From positions 2,144,001 to 2,208,000 of the forward strand of contig CAWDEM010000008.1 of assembly GCA_963801355.1 (NCBI GenBank): a stretch of 64,000 nt of DNA, written 5' to 3'. The position numbers were made by a program, and so were the translations under genes. The notes under the pieces were generated by a model. It searched no databases, was not told the origin of the DNA, and saw only the letters and a list, made by a program, of their open reading frames with translations. This DNA is from Ignavibacteriota bacterium (GTDB lineage Bacteria; Bacteroidota; Ignavibacteria; UBA10030; UBA6906). Within the stretch, counting starts at the first letter, position 1; every line of letters begins with the position of its first letter. Shown here in pieces: positions 1 to 10,826 of this stretch.

Positions 1-1
1 C

Positions 2-2371
2 CTTATAGAAGAACCCGACAGAGAAAAGCCCAAGCTCATTACTGTGAAACGTCAGGGCTACGTCGTGATTGATTGCCTCTGCCGGGACCAGCCTCGGGTT
101 GCCGGCCCAGACATTGAACTGCGTATAGTCCATATTGAAGTGCGGTGAAAGCTGGTGGTAGTCGGGTCGGGCCAGGGTCTTTGTGTAGGAGTAGCGTATG
201 TCGGCCCAGGGGAACACGTTGTATTTTGCCTGTACCATGGGGAGCAAGTAGCGATTTCCCGGATGGGCGAAGACTGTATCCACGGCCTGACGGGTCGCAT
301 CGCGGCCATCGGCCAGATTGAAGGCGTCAAAATATGACCGGACTTCTTCCCATCGGACACCTCCCACGACCGACAGATCCTCGCCAAAATTCAGCGTCGA
401 CATCAAAAAGCCGGCATAGTATTTCTCGATATACTTGTACTTGTTCGGCAGGCGCTGGTAGGGTCCGTCAAACCAACCGCCGGCGTTCGTGCCGGTACTG
501 TTGATCGCGCTTAACGACGGATCACCCCGCAGCACGTCGACGATCCCGTTCAGGATGCCCGGATCACTCGCCCAGAGCACTCCCCCGAAACGGTTATCGA
601 GGAAGGGGTCAAGAAGCGATGCATCCCCTGATGTGAAGTTTGTGCCCGGGAAACGTCCGGCCGCAGAATCCAGGACCAGACCGTATCGCTGCCGGATCGC
701 ATTGATCATCTGAGTAGCGATCGCAGAACCCGCCGAGAGGCCTCCGTATGGAGTCCCCTGATCATTGGTGCGATGGTTGTAGCGAAACTCGCCGCCGAGC
801 TTGACGGATCCCGATGCGATGTCTTCGTACGCGAATGGGATCTTGAAATCAGCCTTGTAGATCTGATCGTTTTCCTTGTAGTCGGCACTGAACAGGCTCA
901 CGTTGTTGAGGTAGACTTTCGTCGGCGTCTGGTATCGCACAGCAGCCGACAGATCCTCTGGAATGGTATTCACCGGCGTGGCGCCCGGAATTGCCCCTGT
1001 GTAGCTCATGTCTGATTGAGGAGATCCCGGGGAAAAATTCCGGGAATACGTATTGGCAGCCTTGAGGTTCGCCGAAAAGAATCCAAAATCGTTCTCAAAC
1101 TCAAGAGAATTAACCGCCATGTCGGTCTTGGTCACTCCCTCCCGGTATCGGAAATTGACATTGTGAAACTGATAGTCCAGAATTGTCCGCCAGTCTTTCG
1201 CTTCGGAATTCAGCCGGCTGAGAACATTGGTCATCTTGATCGATCCGGAAGGAAGCCGGTAGTCAAGTATCAGGTTCCCACCGAAGCGTTCTCTGGTTTC
1301 CCGATGGCGGTTGAGCGTCACATTGGTCACAATGACGGGTCTGAAACCGTCCGGTTGGACGACACTGCTCTGGGGCGAATAACTGGCATTCATGTTGTCT
1401 GCGTCCCGGTCATAGTTCTCAGCGTTGCCCAGCACGTAGACCCCTAGGTCGCCATCAAGAAAACGGTCGCTGGCGGATGCAACAAATCTGTAGTTGCCAT
1501 ACTTGCCGCTTTTCGCCGTATAGCCTGTTTGGGCCAGAATGTCCCCCTTAAGTTCGTCCGGGGCCTCCCTGAGCTCCATATTGACATACCCGCCGATCGC
1601 GTTGGCATCCATGTCGGGAGTCAGGGACTTGTAGACCTCTACAGTTTTGATCATGTACGGCGTGATCATCGTGAGGTCGACACTTCTGTCTGTATTGATG
1701 GAACCAGATGTACCTCCCTGGGAAGCTGCCCCTATCTGCGTGCTTCCCGTCGACGCAAGCGTAATACCGCCCACAGCCACAACATTGTACTGGGGAGCCA
1801 GTCCCCGGATCACCACCTTATTGGCTTCTCCGGAACTCTGCAGCGTCGATACCCCCGGCAATCGGCTGATCGCCTGCGCCGCGTTGAAATCCGGCAGCTC
1901 CTGGATCTTCGCCTCTGAGACCACGCTCACGATCTTATCCGACGAGAGTTGCTGGTTGATCGCCTGCAGTTGCCCCTGCGCCTGCGCGGTCACGAGAAAC
2001 TCCTCACCTTCTATGGTCGTTCCCGTGAGGAAGAAGTCCTGCGTGAGTGTCCCATCCTCTGGGACGTTCACCACGAGCGTAGTCGAAGTGTACCCGACGT
2101 AAGCAACCACCAGAGTCTGCCGGCCGGCCGGCACATTGCGGATCATGTACGCGCCGTCGAGGTTGGTTGCTGCCCCGACACTGGTGCCTTTGACGACGAC
2201 GTTTGCGCCGGGCAAGCCATCCTTGGTGGCCTTGTCGTATACCGTGCCTTTGACTGTTCCCGACGCGGCGAGAACTTGAGTCGTGAAGATGGAGAGCAAT
2301 CCAGCAACGAACAACCCCCTCCAGGCATGGAGACGACCGGTGCGGATGGTCAGACCAGATAAGTGTTTCAT
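2..2371 (-). CDS. TonB-dependent receptor with N-terminal CarboxypepD_reg-like and plug domains (3' end runs off the window)
   Basis: Not in the ORF track. Hand translation from ATG at 2371: MKHLSGLTIR...AASGTVKGTVYDKATKDGLPGANVVVKGTSVGAATNLDG...IQELPDFNAAQAISRLPGVS...VIRGLAPQYN...VEVYKSLTPDMDANAIGG, typical TBDR plug motifs. Confidence 0.9.
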   Translation of the reverse strand, partial: MKHLSGLTIRTGRLHAWRGLFVAGLLSIFTTQVLAASGTVKGTVYDKATKDGLPGANVVVKGTSVGAATNLDGAYMIRNVPAGRQTLVVAYVGYTSTTLVVNVPEDGTLTQDFFLTGTTIEGEEFLVTAQAQGQLQAINQQLSSDKIVSVVSEAKIQELPDFNAAQAISRLPGVSTLQSSGEANKVVIRGLAPQYNVVAVGGITLASTGSTQIGAASQGGTSGSINTDRSVDLTMITPYMIKTVEVYKSLTPDMDANAIGGYVNMELREAPDELKGDILAQTGYTAKSGKYGNYRFVASASDRFLDGDLGVYVLGNAENYDRDADNMNASYSPQSSVVQPDGFRPVIVTNVTLNRHRETRERFGGNLILDYRLPSGSIKMTNVLSRLNSEAKDWRTILDYQFHNVNFRYREGVTKTDMAVNSLEFENDFGFFSANLKAANTYSRNFSPGSPQSDMSYTGAIPGATPVNTIPEDLSAAVRYQTPTKVYLNNVSLFSADYKENDQIYKADFKIPFAYEDIASGSVKLGGEFRYNHRTNDQGTPYGGLSAGSAIATQMINAIRQRYGLVLDSAAGRFPGTNFTSGDASLLDPFLDNRFGGVLWASDPGILNGIVDVLRGDPSLSAINSTGTNAGGWFDGPYQRLPNKYKYIEKYYAGFLMSTLNFGEDLSVVGGVRWEEVRSYFDAFNLADGRDATRQAVDTVFAHPGNRYLLPMVQAKYNVFPWADIRYSYTKTLARPDYHQLSPHFNMDYTQFNVWAGNPRLVPAEAINHDVALTFHSNELGLFSVGFFYK

Positions 2372-2499
2372 ATACGTTTCTCCGTCCGATGTCCTACATT
2401 GTGCAATGCCTGCTCGCGGAGCAATTGTTCTCTTCGGGAAACCCGGCGCGTGCAGACACGCAGGCAGCGCCGTGACCGCAATCGCCCGGGTCGACACTG

Positions 2500-3825
2500 T
2501 CATTGTATGTACGCATTGATGATGTTTTCCAGCATTTCCTGACGGCCGCTCTGGAGTACCGGCTGCGGCTGCGAGAGGACCCATTGCTCTACGTCGCCGA
2601 GCCCCGCTGTTCCAGCCATGATGCGAGCACCAATGCCGGACTGAAAGCTGCTGTACCTTTCGGCGATGAAAGTGCTGAGCACCTTGTCGTCAATGATCCG
2701 CTGTGCAATGAGCAGTCCCCTGGCGAATGCATCCATGCCGCCGATGTGCGCATGGAACAGGTCCACCGGGTCGGTGGAGCTGCGGCGCACCTTGGCATCG
2801 AAATTCAGTCCGCCTGAGCCCAGCCCGTTCTGATTCAGTATGATGATCATCGCCATAGTGGTGCTGTAGAGATCCGTGGGGAATTGATCCGTGTCCCAGC
2901 CGAGTAACAGGTCGCCGCGGTTGGCATCGACACTCCCCAGCTTCCCGGCCGCCGACGCAACCGCAAGCTCGTGTTCGAAGGAATGCCCGGCGAGTGTTGC
3001 GTGGTTGGCCTCGATGTTGAGCTTGAAGTCATCAAGCAAATCATATTGCCGGAGAAAATTCAACGTGGCCGCCGCATCGGAATCGTACTGGTGTTTTGTG
3101 GGCTCCTGAGGCTTGGGCTCGATGAGGAACTGGCCGCCAAAACCGATCTGCCGTTTGTAATCGACCGCCATGTGGAGAAAACGGGCCATCTGCTCCTGCT
3201 CTCTCTTCATGTCCGTATTGAGCAGCGTTTCATACCCTTCCCGTCCCCCCCAGAACACGTAGTTTTCACCCCCGAGTTCCCGCGTGGCATCAAGGGCATT
3301 CTTCACCTGCGCCGCCGCGAGCGCCATGACATGCGCATTCGGACTGGTTGCAGCACCCTGCGAGTACAGGGCATTGCTGAAAAGGTTCGCCGTCCCCCAG
3401 AGCACCTTGATACCGGTCTCCTTCTGAAGCTGCTTCGCCATCTGCACAATTGCTTCGAGATTGCGGCACGTCTCGGCAAAGGTCGCCCCTGCCGGGGCGA
3501 TATCCCTGTCGTGGAAGCAATAATAGTCGACACCCAGCTTCTGCAGAAACTCGAACGCTGCCTCCAGCGTCGCTTTCGCGCGGTCGAGCGGACCAGCCGC
3601 AGCACGCCATTCCCGGGCAAAACTCGGACCTCCGAACATGTCGGTGCCGTCCCCCATCATCGTATGCCAGTAGGCAACAGAGAACCGCAGGTGCTCCGCC
3701 ATGGTCTTGTTCCCCACCCGACGGGTCCTGTCGTAGTACTTGAACGCAAGCGGATTTCTGGAATCCTTGCCTTCAAAGGGGATCGGCTTCTCAACGCCTC
3801 GAAAATACGTGCTCTGCATATTCAT
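2500..3825 (-). CDS. xylA: xylose isomerase (class II)
   Basis: [45 protein letters not shown] and NFDAK motifs. Confidence 0.97.
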   Translation of the reverse strand: MNMQSTYFRGVEKPIPFEGKDSRNPLAFKYYDRTRRVGNKTMAEHLRFSVAYWHTMMGDGTDMFGGPSFAREWRAAAGPLDRAKATLEAAFEFLQKLGVDYYCFHDRDIAPAGATFAETCRNLEAIVQMAKQLQKETGIKVLWGTANLFSNALYSQGAATSPNAHVMALAAAQVKNALDATRELGGENYVFWGGREGYETLLNTDMKREQEQMARFLHMAVDYKRQIGFGGQFLIEPKPQEPTKHQYDSDAAATLNFLRQYDLLDDFKLNIEANHATLAGHSFEHELAVASAAGKLGSVDANRGDLLLGWDTDQFPTDLYSTTMAMIIILNQNGLGSGGLNFDAKVRRSSTDPVDLFHAHIGGMDAFARGLLIAQRIIDDKVLSTFIAERYSSFQSGIGARIMAGTAGLGDVEQWVLSQPQPVLQSGRQEMLENIINAYIQ

Positions 3826-3899
3826 ACCTCCCTGTAGTTCGTATCAATGGAGACCACTCGTTCCCGGCAACGTCTCCGATCACGCGCAGTCCTGTCTTT

Positions 3900-6434
3900 T
3901 TACTTCATGAGGTCAGTGACAAACGAGTGCAATCGCTGTGGGTCTATTTTCTTGGATCCTGTTTGTCCTTGAAGTTCCTTAACGTGTTGTATCACGATAT
4001 GCGTCAAAATCGCGCCCGGTCTTGGATACGCAGCAACGATATAGTGGGGCTCTTTGGTCAATTCTCCTTCTTCTTTTTCGAACTCAGCCCTGAGGTTATC
4101 CGGGGTTATCAAGGAATTGGCGTGCTTGAAGACAACCTTATCCATGACTGCATACACTTCTTTGCTCTCCTTGACCAGCCCGTAGTAATCAAGTAGTTGC
4201 GCAAAAACATAGTTCGACGTCGTGTAGACGTCCTTTCCCTGATCCGATTCCACCGGTCCACCATCCTCTGTTCGGGCCATAGACCACCCCATGGGGGTCC
4301 GGTTATTCCTGTAGATTGTCTTGAGGATTCTCTTAGCCCTCTCCTCGGAGATAAAAGGCTCTTCTCCCATTGCGATCAATGACCACAAGGCATCCAGTTG
4401 ATTGGTCCAGACATCCGTGTTCGTCTTCCCCGTGACAGGATCGTGGCAGGTGACATAGTACTGCAGCCTCCGGCCGCTCTTGTTCTTGTGGTCTCGCCAT
4501 AATTTCTCGAATATCACGGAGGCCTTCCTGAAGCTCTCTTCACACTGCTTTCTGGCAGGTTCATCATTCATCAATTCGGCCATTCTGATCATGGCTTGAC
4601 AACCGGCGATGAAGATGGTCGCATCATAGGCATCGACGCCGAACAGGGTGATATTGTCAAAGGTATTCTTCACTTCGTGGGGATTTCCCTCCGGCACGCC
4701 GTCTCCATCGATATCAAGCTCTTGCACATGTTCAAATCCAAATTTCAATGTGTCCCAGTTCTTCTTCAGAAAATCAATGTCACCAAGGAATTTGACGTTG
4801 CGCAGTACGCGTAGTGCCAGCTTGGGGAAGAGATCCACCCAATAGTTATTGTTGTACCAGGCGTAGTCACTGACGTTACGCAAGGCATGCCCTTTCGGCA
4901 ACGCGCCCAGGTCATGCGCGACACTCCCCTTGATCTTGAAAGCATCTCGTATCTGGGTCAGCGACATGCCTTCGTATTCCCCCGGATGCTCTTCGAAATG
5001 CTTTCTGGCCTCAACAAAAGATGCGTGGTGATGATAATAACGCTGTGTGAGATCTTCCGCCAGAATCGAATCAACAAACCGCTGGCAGAGTTCCTGTTCT
5101 ACATGGGGAAAGAGGATAAGCAACACCATCGAATACCAATCGACATCCGATGGATTGATATAGGCATAGTCAAAACATTCCAGGAACCTGGCAACATCAT
5201 TGCCATTGCCGTCTTCAATCCATACTGCGGCATTGGACAATGGAAAACTGAACTCGTTGAAAACTAACCTTGCGAGTCTTCGTGCACCTGCCGTATCGTT
5301 TTTGTAGGAGGGACTTTTCAGTATGGATTCAAGGATCCTGCCCTGGATTGTTGATGTCCGGCTCAGCCATGCAGGATAATTGTCAAGGGCGACTTTTGCC
5401 ATGTCCATCGCCCTGGTTTCGCCGTGCGCAAAGCTTCTGACGTACTTGCGTTCAAACGTCTTCCCGTCAATGTACCGCTGCTGCGGAAAGTCCAAGCCGA
5501 TGGCGACCGGTATTGTTAGTGTGGCTTTGGGTTTCAGTGTAAAGGTAAGACTTACCGCTGCTCCATAATCTTGACTGGCTAACGGTTTCCTCTTCTCGTA
5601 GAAACTTCCATCATCGTTCAACAACAAATCCTGTTTCAGCCTGTTCAGGCAGAAGTACGGTTGCACATCTACTTTCACCCCCTGCATTTCCGGCACAGCA
5701 ATAACCATCTTGTCTGCGCACTCGCTGCTTCCCATGACCACTCCCTTGGTGGCCGCATGACTGAACGCTTCGTGCACATGGCCCTTCACAGGTGCCGAGC
5801 ATACGTACACAGTGTCCTGATCTGTCGGCTTTAGTTCCTTTTCCTGAAGATTTACCAGAGACGGCCTGGGGATCACCAGTGTAATTTGTTGATCTTTGTG
5901 TGAACTGTTCTTTACCTCATATTCCTCCACCCCGATGGGTATGAGCGCCTGCACATTTCCGCATAAGAAGGGAGAAACCACTCTTCTTATCACTTTGAGC
6001 TTTCCCAGGGTATATGCCAGCTCCGCTAAAGGCGTCGCAAGAGAAATTGAGGTCTGCTTTTCAGAGAGTGCTGGATGATAATAATTCTTCAAGGCAGGTA
6101 CGTCATCAGGACTTTCTGCCGCCTCGGGATCTTTTGTGGTGAGCATAACACATCTGCCGCCAACGCAGATAAATGGTGCAGAGCCCAATTGAACGGCATT
6201 TTGATTTAGCAAGACCAGCCTGCCGGCATCATTCAATCTATTGTAGAGACCATAGGGAGATATGCCTATCGAGCACGTAGGAGCACCTTGAAGAGCGATG
6301 GTGTGCGGGAACTGAAGGGTCTTCGACATTCCCTGAAAATGCACCAACATCTTGTTCTTGACATAGATCTCGGATATTTGCGATCCTGAGATCGTGAAGA
6401 TGTCACTTATCTTCAAACCATGCGACCCGGGCAT
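3900..6434 (-). CDS. GH116-like glycoside hydrolase (non-lysosomal glucosylceramidase/beta-glucosidase/xylosidase family), no signal peptide
   Basis: FLECFDYAY..SDV, GSVAHDLG, WVDL, D.DGDGVPE..NTFD motifs of the GH116 (alpha/alpha)6 domain. Confidence 0.75.
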   Translation of the reverse strand: MPGSHGLKISDIFTISGSQISEIYVKNKMLVHFQGMSKTLQFPHTIALQGAPTCSIGISPYGLYNRLNDAGRLVLLNQNAVQLGSAPFICVGGRCVMLTTKDPEAAESPDDVPALKNYYHPALSEKQTSISLATPLAELAYTLGKLKVIRRVVSPFLCGNVQALIPIGVEEYEVKNSSHKDQQITLVIPRPSLVNLQEKELKPTDQDTVYVCSAPVKGHVHEAFSHAATKGVVMGSSECADKMVIAVPEMQGVKVDVQPYFCLNRLKQDLLLNDDGSFYEKRKPLASQDYGAAVSLTFTLKPKATLTIPVAIGLDFPQQRYIDGKTFERKYVRSFAHGETRAMDMAKVALDNYPAWLSRTSTIQGRILESILKSPSYKNDTAGARRLARLVFNEFSFPLSNAAVWIEDGNGNDVARFLECFDYAYINPSDVDWYSMVLLILFPHVEQELCQRFVDSILAEDLTQRYYHHHASFVEARKHFEEHPGEYEGMSLTQIRDAFKIKGSVAHDLGALPKGHALRNVSDYAWYNNNYWVDLFPKLALRVLRNVKFLGDIDFLKKNWDTLKFGFEHVQELDIDGDGVPEGNPHEVKNTFDNITLFGVDAYDATIFIAGCQAMIRMAELMNDEPARKQCEESFRKASVIFEKLWRDHKNKSGRRLQYYVTCHDPVTGKTNTDVWTNQLDALWSLIAMGEEPFISEERAKRILKTIYRNNRTPMGWSMARTEDGGPVESDQGKDVYTTSNYVFAQLLDYYGLVKESKEVYAVMDKVVFKHANSLITPDNLRAEFEKEEGELTKEPHYIVAAYPRPGAILTHIVIQHVKELQGQTGSKKIDPQRLHSFVTDLMK

Positions 6435-6482
6435 AACGTATTTCCTCCATTCACTGTCACGGCAAAGAAGGTCCCTGCACGA

Positions 6483-8330
6483 CTAACAATATGATAAGCC
6501 CCACGGATTTTGCTTCGGCGGCGGCTTTTTCAGGGGAGATTCTTTCTGTACACCGAGTGTTATGGGCAACTGTGTTTTGGGGGAGGTCTTGATTTTCCCA
6601 AAAAGTAAATCGGTTGCAACTCGTATAGAATCGGGTGTGCCGCTGAAATTACAGATCACGGCATCGGCCACACTCGTCGTGCCTTCGATATACGGATAGT
6701 TTGTCACCACAACGATCCTGTGTCCTGCTTCTTTGAGCTTCTTGGCGAGCAGTTGATTGTTCCCCGCTTTGACGATCCGGGCGTAGTAGTTCGTCATAAC
6801 GACAAGGTCCGCCTGTTTGGCAAGCTCAAGACAATCCGCGATCTCATCCTCACTTGCGGAGAAGTCGGTATCAGTCAAAATCACATTCGTTGAATGCTGT
6901 ACCATAGCCTCGCAGAACATGTGTGTGTGCATATAAGGATCTTTGCCGACAAACTCATAAGGAATACGCTGCTCGATGACCAGGATCCTCTGCTTTGCAC
7001 GTAGCGGCAGCGTCTTCGCATCGTCCCGCATTATCAACAGGGCCTTTTTCGCAACGTCCCAGGAGAAATCTATGACCTGTGTGCTGCGAGCAAACGCTTG
7101 AGCTTTTTTCGGATCCATCTTCCCGGCCTTCGTGAACAAACCCTGGTCATACTTCATCACGAGAAGACGTCTGACAGCATCATTGACCCTGTCCTCAGAA
7201 AGTTCGCCCTTTTCGACGGCCTGTTTGATTCCAAAGAAGCATTGTGATCTTGATTCATCATCGGCTTTCAACAGTATCGTATCGCACCCCGCCCTGATCG
7301 CCAGCGCGCAAGCCCTCGGAAGGGGCCATTTCTTGAGAATGGCTGCCATACCGATGGCATCGGAAACAATCACGCCCTGGAATCCCAGCTCGTTTCTCAG
7401 GAGACCAGTCAGGATTTTCTCCGACAACGTTGTCGGAAACGCATCATCGTACGCGGGGTAAACGGAATGCCCCGTCATGATGGCTTTTACGCCCGCCGCT
7501 ATCGCTGCTTTGAACGGATATAATTCGACTTCCTCCATTCTCTTCTTGTCGGCTCGTATAACATCCAGAACATCATGGGCGTCGGTTGCCGAATCGCCTC
7601 TTCCGGGGAAGTGTTTTGCGGTTGCCGCGATGCCACCGTCCTGAAACCCTTTGAGCAATGCAACAGCATGTCTTGCACAAATCTCAGGGTCATCGCTGAA
7701 AGACCTGACGCCGATTTCGGGATTCTTGGGGTTGATGTTCACGTCGCAGACCGGCGAATACATCTGCGTCACGCCGATAGCGCTGAGTTGTCTGGCAATC
7801 GTGAGACCCACCCGGTACGTCACCTTGGGATCGCCGATGGCGGCCAAACCCATGGGAGGTGGAAACTGTCGTATGCCGCCGGCCATATAGTCGTTCTTGA
7901 AATCGCCCTCAAAGTCAATGGTCATGTGGAGAGGAATCCCGGACGGCCTGCCAAGTGCGATTTTCTGTAGTGTGTTCAGATCCTTGGTGTACTCTTCCGG
8001 TGTTATGCTGATGCCAAAGGTTTTCCCGGCAAAATACGTATTTGCGATGGTGAAATAATCCGCCGGCTTCTCAAAATCCGGGTCAATCTGGGAATTCCCC
8101 CAGTAGAGGTTCCTGCAGGTTTCAAGCGCATACGGTTCGAGGCAAAGACCGCCGCAATGCAGTCGTGTGATCTGTTCGATTACGCTTGGTGTGATCATTG
8201 CGCCGCGGCGGGTAAATGTCAAGAGCTGACCGACTTTTTCTGCCAAGCTCATTTTGGCAATTTTCTTGCTGATGAACGCGTCTCTTTCTTTTGTTGACAT
8301 CTTCATCTCCGCATTGTCTAGGATTCCCAT
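6483..8330 (-). CDS. GH3 glycoside hydrolase, NagZ-like, cytoplasmic
   Basis: IDFEG, PVCDVN.NP.NPEIGVRSF, KHFPGRG....DAH, MTGH, LLRNELGFQGVIVSDAIGM. Confidence 0.9.
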   Translation of the reverse strand: MGILDNAEMKMSTKERDAFISKKIAKMSLAEKVGQLLTFTRRGAMITPSVIEQITRLHCGGLCLEPYALETCRNLYWGNSQIDPDFEKPADYFTIANTYFAGKTFGISITPEEYTKDLNTLQKIALGRPSGIPLHMTIDFEGDFKNDYMAGGIRQFPPPMGLAAIGDPKVTYRVGLTIARQLSAIGVTQMYSPVCDVNINPKNPEIGVRSFSDDPEICARHAVALLKGFQDGGIAATAKHFPGRGDSATDAHDVLDVIRADKKRMEEVELYPFKAAIAAGVKAIMTGHSVYPAYDDAFPTTLSEKILTGLLRNELGFQGVIVSDAIGMAAILKKWPLPRACALAIRAGCDTILLKADDESRSQCFFGIKQAVEKGELSEDRVNDAVRRLLVMKYDQGLFTKAGKMDPKKAQAFARSTQVIDFSWDVAKKALLIMRDDAKTLPLRAKQRILVIEQRIPYEFVGKDPYMHTHMFCEAMVQHSTNVILTDTDFSASEDEIADCLELAKQADLVVMTNYYARIVKAGNNQLLAKKLKEAGHRIVVVTNYPYIEGTTSVADAVICNFSGTPDSIRVATDLLFGKIKTSPKTQLPITLGVQKESPLKKPPPKQNPWGLSYC

Positions 8331-9595
8331 TGACCACGGTTCTCAGGCCCTACCCAGAATCCACGCTCGTTCTTCCAGCCCTGCTCGTCGATGTGCAATT
8401 CTTTTGTTTTCCATCCTGCTTTGATTCTTCTTGTCAGATCATCAAACCCCTTGTTCCATGTGAGTCCGTCGGGAACAGTGACGTTCATGCTTCCCGCAGC
8501 GTTTGCATATCTCAAACAGGATTCGAGAGAATGGTTCCAGACAAATGCAGAAAGGAATCCTGCAATCGCCGAGTCGCCTGAACCGAGGGCCCCCACGAAT
8601 CTCTCCTCCTGATACACAGGGAACCACAGCTCCCGATGTGCCCAGTTTTCAAGATCGGAACATCCTGCTGCGCCCATCCTCGTAAGCCGGTCCTTGTCGG
8701 CGGTCCTCACATACAAGCCCCTGTGACCGCACTTGACCATCGCTATTCCCGCGCCCATTTCTATCAAATCACTTCCCAAGCCAGAGATCTCTTTCACGGT
8801 CAAGTGATCAAGCACGCTTTCTTTGGGCCCGAGTTTCGCCTTCTTCTCAAGGAATTCTTCCTTGCAGAGGAAATAGAATATCTCTTCTGCGCTTGGTGCC
8901 ATAATGTCCGACAGTGGGACCCAGTCTTTGAGAATTGCCAACCAGTCAACCCGGCCGGCGTCACTGTCGACATCGGGAAGCGAAAGGTCAAGTGCAGTTG
9001 TAGTTCCTAATTCTTTGGTTTTCTGGAGGATTCGTGTTAACTCACGGCCTCTGTTCTCATAAAGCTTTCTCATCCAGGGCGGATAACCAAAAAGCATGAG
9101 TTTTGAACGCCGCACAAGGTCGAAATTCATATCATCATAACCGAACGTGTCGTTTGCACCACAATGATGGAGATAGAACCGGTCTATCCCGGGTATGCAA
9201 ATGGCAATGGTATATGATGTCGATTCTCCATCCACCGCTTTGATGCCTTGAAAATGTCCTTCGTGCTCCTCATACCAGCTCAGTATCTCTTTGCCAAAAT
9301 CGTCACTGCCGACCTTACCGATCAATTCGGTTTTTACACCGAGCCGGCGGATAGAGACGCCGGCATTCGTTACGGGGCCTCCTCCCACGACAACACACTC
9401 ACCCATATTGATCATTTTGCCGGGGACAAGGACGTCCGTGAGCTTGTCCACAGTACCGGCAATGGTAAAAGCTGGTATCAGGTCAAGGCAGGTATGCCCT
9501 GCAGCCACGACCTCAATATCCTTCTCGTTCACTCCTGTGCGATCCGTATGATATGCTCCCGACAGGCGATCTGATTCACCTGTCAATAATCCCAC
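8318..9595 (-). CDS. PfkB-family carbohydrate kinase
   Basis: GGPVTNAG..LG...IGKVGSDDFG N-terminal signature; GALGSGDSAIAGFL anion-hole motif. Start codon uncertain. Confidence 0.9.
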   Translation of the reverse strand: MGLLTGESDRLSGAYHTDRTGVNEKDIEVVAAGHTCLDLIPAFTIAGTVDKLTDVLVPGKMINMGECVVVGGGPVTNAGVSIRRLGVKTELIGKVGSDDFGKEILSWYEEHEGHFQGIKAVDGESTSYTIAICIPGIDRFYLHHCGANDTFGYDDMNFDLVRRSKLMLFGYPPWMRKLYENRGRELTRILQKTKELGTTTALDLSLPDVDSDAGRVDWLAILKDWVPLSDIMAPSAEEIFYFLCKEEFLEKKAKLGPKESVLDHLTVKEISGLGSDLIEMGAGIAMVKCGHRGLYVRTADKDRLTRMGAAGCSDLENWAHRELWFPVYQEERFVGALGSGDSAIAGFLSAFVWNHSLESCLRYANAAGSMNVTVPDGLTWNKGFDDLTRRIKAGWKTKELHIDEQGWKNERGFWVGPENRGQWES

Positions 9596-10686
9596 TTCGT
9601 GTTCCGCACTATTGCACTGACAGCGTCAAAAGCCGGTTTTGGTTTGCAGTGACGGTCAAACAACATAGGATAGTCGGTTCTCCCCTTCATCGGAAAGTAG
9701 CTGCGCCACGATTGGCCGTCGTGGACCGCCCACAATGTTATCCGGCTGAACTTCTCACGGTGCTTGTGAAACAGCGAGAACAATTCAGCATATCGATGTG
9801 TCAGGTGTTTCTCCACAGAGTCCGGCAAGCCATCGGGGTAGGGACTCAGCTTCTTCTGCGTTTCAGGATCAAAGGAGGAGAGATCCACGAGCGGAGAATC
9901 GACAGGATAGAAAGGAAGTGCACTCACGTCCATTTCCGTAATCATCAGCATGACGCCCAATGTGGCAAGAGCCACTATGTACGACTCAATCTCCTCGATG
10001 CCCGGAGTGTCCAAGAACCAGTGTCCCTGTATGCCAATGCCATCCAGGCGGACCCCTTGTGACTGCAGATTCTTGATGAGCCGGATGACACCAGCGCATT
10101 TGGGTCTGATCTCGTAATCGTACTCATTGTAGTAGAGCTGAGCACCCGGATCGGCCTGGCGTGCATATTCAAAGGCCTTCAGCACGTAGTCTTCGCCGAT
10201 GATTTCCAGCCATTTGCTTCTTCTGAGCTGACCGTCGGCGTCAATCGCCTCGTTCACGACGTCCCAGCCGTGGATTCGGCCCCTGTAACGACCCACGACC
10301 GTGGAGATGTGATCTTTCATTCGGCCAAGCAATGCATCACGGTCCAGCGGTTTGCCTGACTCGTCCTGGAACACCCAGTCCGGTGTTTGAGAGTGCCAGA
10401 CGAGAGTGTGTCCCACGATGTGCATGTTGTGTTTCTCGCCAAAGGCCACATAACGGTCCACCGGTCCGAAATTGTACTTCCCCGGTTCCGGATGCACCTC
10501 TTCCCATTTCAGAATGTTCTCCGGCGAGATGCTGTTGAAGTGCTTTTCCACCACGGCGATGGCGTTTGGCTCATTGCCTGAAATCTGATCCAGACTGAGG
10601 GCAACACCAACATGAACATGGCCGTCAAACCCGTCCTTCAAAGCAGGGAGCTCGGCGTGTTGTGCATTTTGTGCTGTAAGGGTCAT
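9583..10686 (-). CDS. GH10 endo-1,4-beta-xylanase
   Basis: PENILKW, GHTLVWHSQTP, WDVVNEA (acid/base), GIGIQGH, ITEMDV (nucleophile). Confidence 0.95.
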   Translation of the reverse strand: MTLTAQNAQHAELPALKDGFDGHVHVGVALSLDQISGNEPNAIAVVEKHFNSISPENILKWEEVHPEPGKYNFGPVDRYVAFGEKHNMHIVGHTLVWHSQTPDWVFQDESGKPLDRDALLGRMKDHISTVVGRYRGRIHGWDVVNEAIDADGQLRRSKWLEIIGEDYVLKAFEYARQADPGAQLYYNEYDYEIRPKCAGVIRLIKNLQSQGVRLDGIGIQGHWFLDTPGIEEIESYIVALATLGVMLMITEMDVSALPFYPVDSPLVDLSSFDPETQKKLSPYPDGLPDSVEKHLTHRYAELFSLFHKHREKFSRITLWAVHDGQSWRSYFPMKGRTDYPMLFDRHCKPKPAFDAVSAIVRNTKWDY

Positions 10687-10707
10687 AACGGGGTTTGATC
10701 CGATCTC

Positions 10708-10767
10708 TTACTGAATAGAGGTATTCAAGATATTTTCAAGTAGTTCCTGCCGACCGCTCTGCAAGAC
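10708..10767 (-). pseudogene. 3'-terminal relic of a second xylA copy
   Basis: Translates [19 protein letters not shown], 15/19 identical to the XylA C-terminus [19 protein letters not shown] at 2500-2559. Confidence 0.8.
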
Positions 10768-10826
10768 TCGGAGGTTGAACTCGTCCAGCCTCACTGCATC
10801 CGCCGTACACGCTGCGGGGGGGACGC

